Source: Parcubacteria bacterium DG_74_1
Lineage (GTDB): Bacteria; Patescibacteriota; Minisyncoccia; Minisyncoccales; DG-74-1
Assembly (NCBI GenBank): GCA_001303125.1
Contig: LJNE01000001.1
Span: 17,737-81,736, forward strand
DNA: 64,000 bases
Reading direction: 5' to 3'
The notes under the pieces are model-generated. The model had not been told where the DNA came from, ran no database searches, and saw nothing but the letters and a program-made list of their open reading frames with translations. Below, piece by piece: positions 18,398 through 26,208 of this stretch. Both the position numbers and the translations under genes were made by a program. The number at the start of each line of letters is the position of its first letter. Position 1 is the stretch's first letter.

Positions 18398-20518
18398 ATG
18401 CCAGAACTCCCCAAAGTTTACGATCCGAAAAAGGTTGAGGATAAAATTTATCATCTCTGGCAAAAGAGCGGTTTTTTCAATCCGGATAAACTACCGAAAA
18501 CAAAAAATAGAAAACAAAAAATAAAAAATTATTGCATTGTTATCCCGCCGCCAAACATTACCGGTTCCCTTCATATGGGGCATGCTTTAAATGCCACGAT
18601 TCAGGACATTTTGATTCGTTGGCGACGGCTTCAGGGATATAAAACTTTATGGCTGCCGGGCACTGACCACGCTAGTATCGCTACCCAAAATGCAGTGGAA
18701 AAGGAATTAAAAAAAGAAGATAAAACGCGCTTCGATTTAGGGAAAGAAAAATTTCTAGAAAGGGTTTGGCAGTGGAAAATTAAATACGGCAGCCTTATCT
18801 TAGAGCAACTTAAAAAACTGGGCTGTTCTTTGGATTGGTCCCGAACCAGATTCACCCTAGACAACGGTTACGCCAAAGCGGTTGAGACCGCTTTTTTACA
18901 TTATTATAAAAAAGGTTGGGTTTATAAAGGTAAGCGAGTGGTAAATTGGTGCCTGAGATGCCAAACAAGTTTATCTGACTTAGAAATTGAATATAAAGGA
19001 GAGGGAGGAAAACTATGGTATATTCGCTATCCACTTAAAACTAAGAGCTTAAGGCTACAAGCTAAAAGCTATATTGTGGTGGCTACGACCAGGCCGGAAA
19101 CTATGCTCGGCGATACGGCAGTAGCCGTAAACTCCAATGACAAAAGATATAAAAAATTGGTCGGTAAGGAAATTATTTTACCACTAACAAACCGGCAGAT
19201 TCCCATTATCGCCGATAAAGCTGTCGACCTCAAGTTCGGCACGGGAGCAGTTAAAGTAACACCCGCTCACGACAGAGTGGATTATCAAATCGGCCGGCGC
19301 CACAACCTGAAAATTCTCCAAGTAATTGACGAGACGGGAAAGATAATAAATGTTGAAAATTATCAAGGCCTTAAAGCTCTTGAGGCAAGAGAGAGAATCG
19401 TTGAAGACTTGGCTAGCTTAGGCCTGATTGAGAAAATCGAAGATTATGACCATCAGGTGCCTGTATGCTACAGATGCGGAACTGTTATTGAATTAATCCC
19501 TTCAGAACAGTGGTTTCTGAGAATGGATAAATTGGCTAAAATGGCTATTAAGGCTGCCAAATTAGGACAAGTCCGATTTTTTCCAAAGCGCTGGGAAAAA
19601 GTATATTTTGACTGGCTAAAAAACGTGGAAGATTGGTGTATTTCAAGACAATTATGGTGGGGACACAAGATCCCTATCAAAGGAGAAAATGATGTACTTG
19701 ATACTTGGTTCTCTAGCGCCCTGTGGCCTTTTGCCACATTGGGTTGGCCGGAAAAAGCCAAAAGTTTGAAGTTGAAAGCTAAAAATGATTTAAACAGGTT
19801 TTATCCGGCTGATGTTTTGAGCACCGACAGGGGAATTATTAATTTATGGGTAGCCAGAATGATTTTTTCTGGAATGGAGTTTATGAAAAGGCCGCCATTT
19901 AAAGATGTTTATATTCACGCCACGGTTTTAACCAAGGAAGGAAAAAGAATGTCAAAGTCTTTAGGTACTGGTGTCGACCCAATCAATTTAATTAAAAAAT
20001 ATGGCGCCGATGCTACGCGTTTTGGCATCGTCTGGCAGGTCATGGGAGGACAAGATATTAGATTTGTGGAAGATAATATCGTCATGGGGCGAAAATTTTG
20101 TAACAAAATTTGGAATGCTTCGCGGTTTGTCCTAATGAGTAAACCCGCACAGATTCACACTGATTTAGATTTTCTTGGTTCGCAAGGCGGATTTGCGCAG
20201 CTAAGAAAAATAACTGTGGCTGACAGAAGAATTTTGAAGGCGTTAGAAAAAACAATGGAATTGGTTGATAATGACCTCGAGTCTTTCCGATTCGGACCGG
20301 CTTCCCGCAAGCTCTATAATTTCTTCTGGCACGATTTTTGTGATATTTATATAGAGAAAACTAAATCTCAAGAAGACAAAAAAAATACCCAAAGAATATT
20401 ATTATATGTGTTATTAACCTCGTTAAAGATTTTACACCCTTTTGTTCCGTTTATTACCGAAGAGATCTATCAAAAATTACCGATTAAAGATAAAAAGAAG
20501 TGTCTGATGGTCGGGTAA
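18398..20518 (+). CDS. valS: valyl-tRNA synthetase (short form, no C-terminal coiled coil)
   Basis: Starts MPELPKVYDPKKVE. HIGH-type signature PPPNITGSLHMGHA, KMSKS as RMSKS, anticodon-binding helix HPFVPFITEEIYQ. It ends 15 aa later. Confidence 0.9.
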   Translation: MPELPKVYDPKKVEDKIYHLWQKSGFFNPDKLPKTKNRKQKIKNYCIVIPPPNITGSLHMGHALNATIQDILIRWRRLQGYKTLWLPGTDHASIATQNAVEKELKKEDKTRFDLGKEKFLERVWQWKIKYGSLILEQLKKLGCSLDWSRTRFTLDNGYAKAVETAFLHYYKKGWVYKGKRVVNWCLRCQTSLSDLEIEYKGEGGKLWYIRYPLKTKSLRLQAKSYIVVATTRPETMLGDTAVAVNSNDKRYKKLVGKEIILPLTNRQIPIIADKAVDLKFGTGAVKVTPAHDRVDYQIGRRHNLKILQVIDETGKIINVENYQGLKALEARERIVEDLASLGLIEKIEDYDHQVPVCYRCGTVIELIPSEQWFLRMDKLAKMAIKAAKLGQVRFFPKRWEKVYFDWLKNVEDWCISRQLWWGHKIPIKGENDVLDTWFSSALWPFATLGWPEKAKSLKLKAKNDLNRFYPADVLSTDRGIINLWVARMIFSGMEFMKRPPFKDVYIHATVLTKEGKRMSKSLGTGVDPINLIKKYGADATRFGIVWQVMGGQDIRFVEDNIVMGRKFCNKIWNASRFVLMSKPAQIHTDLDFLGSQGGFAQLRKITVADRRILKALEKTMELVDNDLESFRFGPASRKLYNFFWHDFCDIYIEKTKSQEDKKNTQRILLYVLLTSLKILHPFVPFITEEIYQKLPIKDKKKCLMVG

Positions 20519-20579
20519 TTTAAATTTCTCCCTCAGCGAAACCTTAGCTGGGTTGAGAGAAAGTTGGCTTAGGTAATCT

Positions 20580-21383
20580 ATGTATTATTTTCTTTTAATT
20601 ATCTTTGCTCTATTGCCCAGTGTTATCTGGCTTTTGTTTTTCTTAAGAAAAGATGCTCATCCTGAATCTAACAAAATGATCTTGCGGGTTTTTTTGTATG
20701 GAATGCTGGTAACTATTCCGGCTGCTATTATCCAGTTGGGATTTCTTGAGATCACTGAAAAATTAACTTACTGGCCTTTTCTAATTTTAACTTTGAATAT
20801 ATTTTTTGGAGTAGCACTGGTAGAAGAATTCTCGAAATATTTAGTTGTCAAAATCAAAGTTTTGCGAAGCTCCGAACTTGATGAGCCTCTAGATGTAATG
20901 CTCTATATGATTATTGCTGCTTTGGGATTTGCCGCGCTAGAAAATGTCTTATATCTGTCACGCATATATATGTTTCCGCCGCTAGATATTGTTTGTCCTG
21001 ATTTTTTAACTAATATCATTCAGTTTCTCAGCGTAGTGTTTGGACATACTTTTTCGGAAGATGTTTTCTATGCTGTTTTTCTGACCAATATTTTTCGTTT
21101 TCTCGGGGCGGTATTTGGGCATGCTCTTTGGTCGGGAACCTTGGGATATTTCTTGGCTCTGTCGTTTTACGAACCCAAACAGAGGCTAAAACTTTTAATC
21201 CTAGGGTTCGTCTTAGCTGTTTCTTTGCATGCAGCTTTTAATTATGCTATTATGCAGATAGCAAAAACTGGAAACCCAGTATGGTTTCTATTAATAATAA
21301 TTATGTTGATAGGCCTGGCTATTTTCGTTACGCTTGGCTTTAAAAGGTTGCAGAAAATAAAAAGTATTTGTAAAATAAAATAA
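20580..21383 (+). CDS. PrsW-family intramembrane metalloprotease
   Basis: Polytopic protein with an EEFSKY motif and FGHALWSG His motif. Contains an internal 25-codon duplication. Confidence 0.75.
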   Translation: MYYFLLIIFALLPSVIWLLFFLRKDAHPESNKMILRVFLYGMLVTIPAAIIQLGFLEITEKLTYWPFLILTLNIFFGVALVEEFSKYLVVKIKVLRSSELDEPLDVMLYMIIAALGFAALENVLYLSRIYMFPPLDIVCPDFLTNIIQFLSVVFGHTFSEDVFYAVFLTNIFRFLGAVFGHALWSGTLGYFLALSFYEPKQRLKLLILGFVLAVSLHAAFNYAIMQIAKTGNPVWFLLIIIMLIGLAIFVTLGFKRLQKIKSICKIK

Positions 21384-21384
21384 C

Positions 21385-22089
21385 ATGGCCTCTTTCTTTG
21401 AAAAACTTAAAAAGGGAATGGGAATTGAAGAAGCCGGAGAAATAGAAGAAACTTCTTTTGCTGAGGGGTCAGAAAACGAAAGGGGAGAGATTGAAGGAAG
21501 GACAGTTTCTTCACGTGCCTCTCTACAGGATCGATCGGCAAGCGAGGAGAAACTAGCAAGAAAAAAAAGAACCCGAAAGCCTAAAAAAATAGGGGTCGGA
21601 GAAGCGGCGACTGTTTCTCCTGTCTCTTCGCGAAGCAGGTCGGCAGTGGAAGAACAGCTTATAGAAGCAAAGAGAGAACAAAAAGAATCATCTTCTGTTC
21701 CTCCTGCCACTGAACCCTTAACCGACAAAAAACCTATAGAAGTTGAGGAGAAATGGCTTGAGGCTGAAGGGGAGCTAGCAATTGATGTTTATCAAACCGA
21801 GAACGAAGTAGTAATTCAAGCAGCCATTGCTGGGGTAAGGCCGGAGAATTTAGATATTGCAATAGAAAGAGACATCCTTACTATCAGGGGAAATCGGGAA
21901 AAGCCATTTGAGGAAAGTGGAGATTATTTTACCCAAGAATGCTATTGGGGTCCCTTTTCCCGAGAGGTGGTCATGCCAGTTGAGGTTGACCCCGAGCGAG
22001 TTGAGGCAGCAATGAAAGATGGCATTCTAACCATCAGAATTCCCAAAATGCTAAGAGAAAAATTACGCAAAATCAAAGTAAGAATTTAA
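21385..22089 (+). CDS. Hsp20/alpha-crystallin small heat-shock protein with a long charged N-terminal extension
   Basis: The C-terminal ~105 aa form an alpha-crystallin domain (LAIDVYQTENEVVIQAAIAGV..., DGILTIRIPK). The first ~125 aa are Ser/Glu/Arg/Lys-rich and low in complexity. Confidence 0.8.
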   Translation: MASFFEKLKKGMGIEEAGEIEETSFAEGSENERGEIEGRTVSSRASLQDRSASEEKLARKKRTRKPKKIGVGEAATVSPVSSRSRSAVEEQLIEAKREQKESSSVPPATEPLTDKKPIEVEEKWLEAEGELAIDVYQTENEVVIQAAIAGVRPENLDIAIERDILTIRGNREKPFEESGDYFTQECYWGPFSREVVMPVEVDPERVEAAMKDGILTIRIPKMLREKLRKIKVRI

Positions 22090-22117
22090 AAAGAGATTTT
22101 TCGACTCTTAAACAAAA

Positions 22118-22140
22118 ACCGTCATGAGAGACGGTTTTTG
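22118..22140 (+). terminator. intrinsic terminator after hsp20
   Basis: ACCGTC-atgaga-GACGGT followed by TTTTTG. Confidence 0.65.
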
Positions 22141-22232
22141 TGTCGTATTTTCGGCACTCAATCGATTTTTTATTATGTTCCTGTACAATTCGAACCCGCA
22201 ACCTTTTTGGGTCCCCGCCCATTTCTAGCTTG

Positions 22233-22314
22233 TGAGCAGGGAGGGATTCGAACCCACACGCCTTTCGGCAATAGGTCCTAAACCTATCGCGTCTACCAAT
22301 TTCGCCACCTGCTC
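22233..22314 (-). tRNA. tRNA-Leu(UAG)
   Basis: Class II. Acceptor GAGCAGG/CCTGCTC, anticodon loop TTTAGGA, variable arm TGCCGAAAGGCG. One U-U mismatch in the T stem. Confidence 0.85.
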
Positions 22315-22510
22315 ATCGAGAAGGGGTGGAGCGTGTTTTCCGCTTCCATCACAAAGACAAAATCATATGATTTATTTTCTAACTCCACCGCCACTGGTTT
22401 TTAAATTTTATCTCTTTAAACATAAAAAATCAATTCTTTCGATATTCTTTTCGACGACTCTCAAATCAAAAATTTAATTGATTTCCCTTCAGCAACAAAG
22501 GTTATTGCTG

Positions 22511-23419
22511 TTAAAGCTGCTTTAGATCTCTGGTTAGTGATGCCTCTCTAAAAAAACTTTTCCCGATGAAAAAAGCAAAAAAGGCGTAGAAAATGCCGAC
22601 TATTAAATCAATAACATAATGCTCAGCGAAATAGACCAAACTAAATCCTAAACCAAGCGGAATAATAAAAATCGGCAATAACCTTTTCCCAAAGATATGT
22701 ATTAAAAACAACGAAGCAAACCAGCTCCAAGCCATATGCAAAGAGGGCATTGCCGCTACTTCATTAGGGCCAATCCATGCATAAAAAACAGTAAGGAAAG
22801 CACCTAAATTTAAACCTTTCCCTACTTCCAATAATAATCTTTTTACCTCTTCGATATAGCCGTAGGAACTTGCCATCCATGGAGGCATGGCCGGAAATAA
22901 TAAATAAGTAATAAACCCAAAGCCACACAGGATAAGAAAGCTCCAGGAAAAAGCCTTAAAATACCCTCTTTTTTCGAGCCAAATAATAAAACCTACTAAA
23001 AATACAAACCAAAAGTGGGAAAGATAAAAAAAGAAGCTGGTAATGTCATACCAGAAGAGAGAGCCCTCTTCCCAAAGATTGGTTTGTAAGAAAGCGGTGG
23101 GCAACTGGCCAAATAAAAAATGGTCTACCCTTATCATCTCCCAAATATGGACCGATTTTGCAAGATTATCAGCAATCCCCCTCATTGCCTCATAAGCAAA
23201 AAACATTAACAAGAAAGGGAACCAGTCTTTTAAAAAGATGGTCCATCTTCCAATAAATAAAGCGGCGAAAAAAAATAAAATAAAAATTACATCTAACCCG
23301 AGAACAATCCCTGATTTAAAAATAAGTCCAGTAATTATCAGAAAATATATTCCTAAGATTAAATAAGTAAAATTCTGAGGATTACTTAGAAATTTACTAA
23401 TTTTTTGAGAAATAGCCAT
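22511..23419 (-). CDS. PAP2-superfamily membrane phosphatase/phosphotransferase-like protein
   Basis: 302 aa, polytopic. PSLHMAW and AEHYVIDLIVG resemble PAP2 C2/C3 motifs. Confidence 0.6.
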   Translation of the reverse strand: MAISQKISKFLSNPQNFTYLILGIYFLIITGLIFKSGIVLGLDVIFILFFFAALFIGRWTIFLKDWFPFLLMFFAYEAMRGIADNLAKSVHIWEMIRVDHFLFGQLPTAFLQTNLWEEGSLFWYDITSFFFYLSHFWFVFLVGFIIWLEKRGYFKAFSWSFLILCGFGFITYLLFPAMPPWMASSYGYIEEVKRLLLEVGKGLNLGAFLTVFYAWIGPNEVAAMPSLHMAWSWFASLFLIHIFGKRLLPIFIIPLGLGFSLVYFAEHYVIDLIVGIFYAFFAFFIGKSFFREASLTRDLKQL

Positions 23420-23431
23420 AAAAATTCATTA

Positions 23432-24871
23432 TTAAAAACTCCAGCTAGGAAGCCACATTCTGAGCTGGAAGCTTTCCTCGCTTATAGGAAAACCATAGGT
23501 CAAAGGAGAAAAAAACAGAAAACTAATAAAGATTATAAGCAAAAGCATAAAAAAGATAAAATTAGCTTTCCCCTTTGAAAGAAAATTTTCTAAGACACTA
23601 TTGAAAAAAAAGGAAAATATAATTATTGAGAAAATCAGGGCCGGCAAATAATGATAAATTATCATATATCGTTTAATCGCGAGGAAGGGAATTAAATAGA
23701 CAAAGTAGCCAAAAAATAGAATTATTAAATTCTCAGAGTAAAAAAGCGCAGGTATTTTAAGCTTAAAAGAATAAAAATAATTTTTTATCAATAAATACGG
23801 AACTCCAATAAGTCCGACAATTCCCAACCACCAAACAATCGGATTTCCTAAAAGAAAAATATAAGAGGTTCTATTGTTTTGATTTTCTACAAAATAATGA
23901 GCTGGCCTAATCATAAAGGGCCAACTGTACCAATCAGACTGATAATTAAAAAGCATCGTTGAAGCTAGATTGCCATAAAGCATTAATTTATTGGTTTCAA
24001 TAAATTTTTTGAATAAATTTCCTTCTGGTGGATTATTAAAGCTTAAAGAAAAAGAGCTCGAGGTGTTTTCTAAACGATGGTTAAGGACGGCTCCGCAGTT
24101 TGAAGTGCAAGCTAAGGGTAAAAGAGAAAAATGAATGAAAAAAATCAAAAAATAGATAGCTAGGGGCAAAACAAGGAGAGAAAAAATTTTTATCAAATTT
24201 ACTTTCTTGAAGCTTTCCTTTAAAATAATTTCGCTGAAGGCCAAAAACCAGATAAGCGCTAAGACACCAATTCCTGTCCACTTTATGGAAATTGCCGTTC
24301 CTAAACTCAAACCAGTTAGAAGATTGAAAAGACACCACTTGGCAGAAAAAATTGGAAATTTTTTACATAAAAGGAAAAGGTAAAGACTCAAAAAAATAAA
24401 AAAAACCAAAACAATATCAAGTAAAATGAATCTTGATTGGACTATTAGAGCATTGTCAAATAGAACTAAAAAACTTGACAGAAAAGCAATCCTTTTGGAA
24501 AAACCCATTTCTTTGACTAAAAAATAAATGAGTAGCACTAAAAAGGAGCCCAAAAGAGCGGGTAAAAAGCGGAGGGCTAAAAAATTAAAATCGCCGTAAT
24601 CACTATTGACGGCAAAATCAAACCCAGCTTGAATTTTCCCCAAGAAACCAGAAAGGGCCAGCAACATTTTTCCTAGAGGGGGGTGAATATCAAAATAGTA
24701 TTGCTGAGAAAGATACTTGCTGGCATAGAGCCCAAAATGGGCTTCGTCAAAAACAACTTTTGGAGGAAAAGTAAGGTTAAAAAACCTGGTTAAAAAACCG
24801 AAAATTCCCAGGAGAAATATCTCCCAGGAATTTAACAGTTTAAGCAAAAAACCTGCTTCTCTTAACTTCAT
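23432..24871 (-). CDS. PMT-family (GT39-like) polyprenol-phosphate-mannose-dependent protein mannosyltransferase
   Basis: 479 aa, polytopic. The N-terminal loop VVFDEAHFGLYASKYL...YFDIHPPLGKML carries the DE motif typical of the PMT family. Confidence 0.75.
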   Translation of the reverse strand: MKLREAGFLLKLLNSWEIFLLGIFGFLTRFFNLTFPPKVVFDEAHFGLYASKYLSQQYYFDIHPPLGKMLLALSGFLGKIQAGFDFAVNSDYGDFNFLALRFLPALLGSFLVLLIYFLVKEMGFSKRIAFLSSFLVLFDNALIVQSRFILLDIVLVFFIFLSLYLFLLCKKFPIFSAKWCLFNLLTGLSLGTAISIKWTGIGVLALIWFLAFSEIILKESFKKVNLIKIFSLLVLPLAIYFLIFFIHFSLLPLACTSNCGAVLNHRLENTSSSFSLSFNNPPEGNLFKKFIETNKLMLYGNLASTMLFNYQSDWYSWPFMIRPAHYFVENQNNRTSYIFLLGNPIVWWLGIVGLIGVPYLLIKNYFYSFKLKIPALFYSENLIILFFGYFVYLIPFLAIKRYMIIYHYLPALIFSIIIFSFFFNSVLENFLSKGKANFIFFMLLLIIFISFLFFSPLTYGFPISEESFQLRMWLPSWSF

Positions 24872-24914
24872 TAGGGAAAATTTATTTCTATATTTTTAAG
24901 ACTGGGCTCTATCC

Positions 24915-25235
24915 TTATGGTGTTCCTGCTTGAAGCAGAAATGTGCGAATCCCGTAAGCCAGCATGGCAACAATAATCCCAATTACGGCATAAAGAATTA
25001 TATGTCTGGCTCTTTCCACTTGTTCTGTATTGCCAGCTGCCGTAACAAACAGAATACCGGCATAAACTATAAAAACTATCGAAATGGCTAACAAAATCCA
25101 AAAAAGGTAGTCAGCTATTCTAGCAATCATCACGAGTAACTCAATGTTTGTTGGCAACGGTGACGTATATACCGCCGATGCCGCTATCGGGAGCATCAAA
25201 ACCATTAAAAGAAAGCCAAGAAAAAATTTTTTCAT
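24915..25235 (-). CDS. small two-TM secreted/membrane protein, TrbC/VirB2-pilin-like topology (paralog 1)
   Basis: 106 aa with a signal-like N-terminus and then two TM helices. Shared motif FVTAAGNTEQVERARHIILYAVIGIIV. Confidence 0.45.
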   Translation of the reverse strand: MKKFFLGFLLMVLMLPIAASAVYTSPLPTNIELLVMIARIADYLFWILLAISIVFIVYAGILFVTAAGNTEQVERARHIILYAVIGIIVAMLAYGIRTFLLQAGTP

Positions 25236-25289
25236 TCTTAAAAAATTTTTAAATTTTATCTTATAACTCTACTCGACCTTTTACTTAAT

Positions 25290-25652
25290 TTACAGAATTC
25301 TTTGCAAAAGTTCAATAAGGCCCCGAGCCAAAAGAACGATAAAAAAACCGATGACAGTATAAAGAATTATGCCTTTGGCTTTCTCAGTTTTAACTGGATC
25401 TCCGGCCGCCGTGATAAAATAAAATCCTGCGATAACTATCATCAAGGGAACCAAAGCTACAGTAATCCACCAAAGGAAATTTAAAAGACCTCCAACCAAC
25501 TCCCCGAAACTGGTTGCTTTTATTGGATTTGTAATAACCAATAGTGGTAAAAATAAACCAGGGGGAATTAAGGCTGGTGGAGTTCGCCCCCTTAGACTTA
25601 ACCTAATCTCTCCGTATCGCTTTATCCAGTTTATCGGCGATCTTTTTTCCAT
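25290..25652 (-). CDS. small two-TM membrane protein, paralog 2 of the preceding gene
   Basis: 120 aa. FITAAGDPVKTEKAKGIILYTVIGFFIV aligns with the neighbouring gene. Confidence 0.45.
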   Translation of the reverse strand: MEKRSPINWIKRYGEIRLSLRGRTPPALIPPGLFLPLLVITNPIKATSFGELVGGLLNFLWWITVALVPLMIVIAGFYFITAAGDPVKTEKAKGIILYTVIGFFIVLLARGLIELLQRIL

Positions 25653-25669
25653 TAAATTATTTTATACTA

Positions 25670-26188
25670 TTATTTAGCAAGTATCAAGCCTTGGTGGTAA
25701 AGACCAGCTCCAAACTCCTTTTCCAGTTCCAAACCAAGGCCTTTGGCTATTTCTTTTATTTCGTCAAAATCAAGCCATTCTATTTCCGGAGTTAAAGGAT
25801 TATCTTTTATCCAATCAGCTACTAAAATTTTACCGCCTTTTTTCAAAATTCTTTTGCCTTCTTCCAGAGCCTGTTTTTTATTTTCGCATTCAAACAATAA
25901 ATTGGTCATTAAAACCACGTCACAAGAATTAGACAGCAAGGTGGTTCCTTTTTCCACGTCAGCTTTTCTCAATTCAACGTTAAAAAGCTTTTCCATTTTT
26001 AACCTGGCCCTCAGGGCAGATAGGGGCTCTTCTAAGATATCTATAGCATAAACCTTGCCTTCTTCTAAGATTTTTGCCAGTGGTATTGTCCAGCCGCCCG
26101 AGCCTGAACCAAAGTCAGCCGCTGTCATGCTTTTGCGCAACTTCAAGCGCTTTAATATTTCTGGTGGATTTAAAAAATCTTGCATCAT
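25670..26188 (-). CDS. class I SAM-dependent methyltransferase
   Basis: Motif I DFGSGSGGWTIPLA and a Rossmann-type acidic loop YAIDI. Substrate not inferable. Confidence 0.75.
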   Translation of the reverse strand: MMQDFLNPPEILKRLKLRKSMTAADFGSGSGGWTIPLAKILEEGKVYAIDILEEPLSALRARLKMEKLFNVELRKADVEKGTTLLSNSCDVVLMTNLLFECENKKQALEEGKRILKKGGKILVADWIKDNPLTPEIEWLDFDEIKEIAKGLGLELEKEFGAGLYHQGLILAK

Positions 26189-26208
26189 TCTGTTTATTAT
26201 ATAACTGG

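Noticed and set aside
21291-21728. 145-aa antisense ORF opposite the hsp20 N-terminal extension. Similar antisense ORFs occur at 2184..2393, 2288..2500, 5958..6245, 30848..31330, 53454..53933, 58863..59246 and 62476..62781.
   Set aside because: Each lies entirely inside a well-supported gene on the other strand, has a biased low-complexity composition, and shows no family signature.
22175-22232. T-loop-like GGTTCGAAT sequence next to tRNA-Leu(UAG), as a possible second tRNA or an integration-site duplicate
   Set aside because: No complementary T stem, acceptor or anticodon arm can be built. Only the universal GGTTCGAAT core is shared with the neighbouring tRNA, so there is no att-like duplication.
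22232-22477. ORFs overlapping tRNA genes (22232..22477, 33650..33856, 34396..34611, 34461..34727, 38136..38384, 52319..52591, 52540..52734)
   Set aside because: They are read through tRNA genes or terminator hairpins, and the tRNA folds explain the sequence better.
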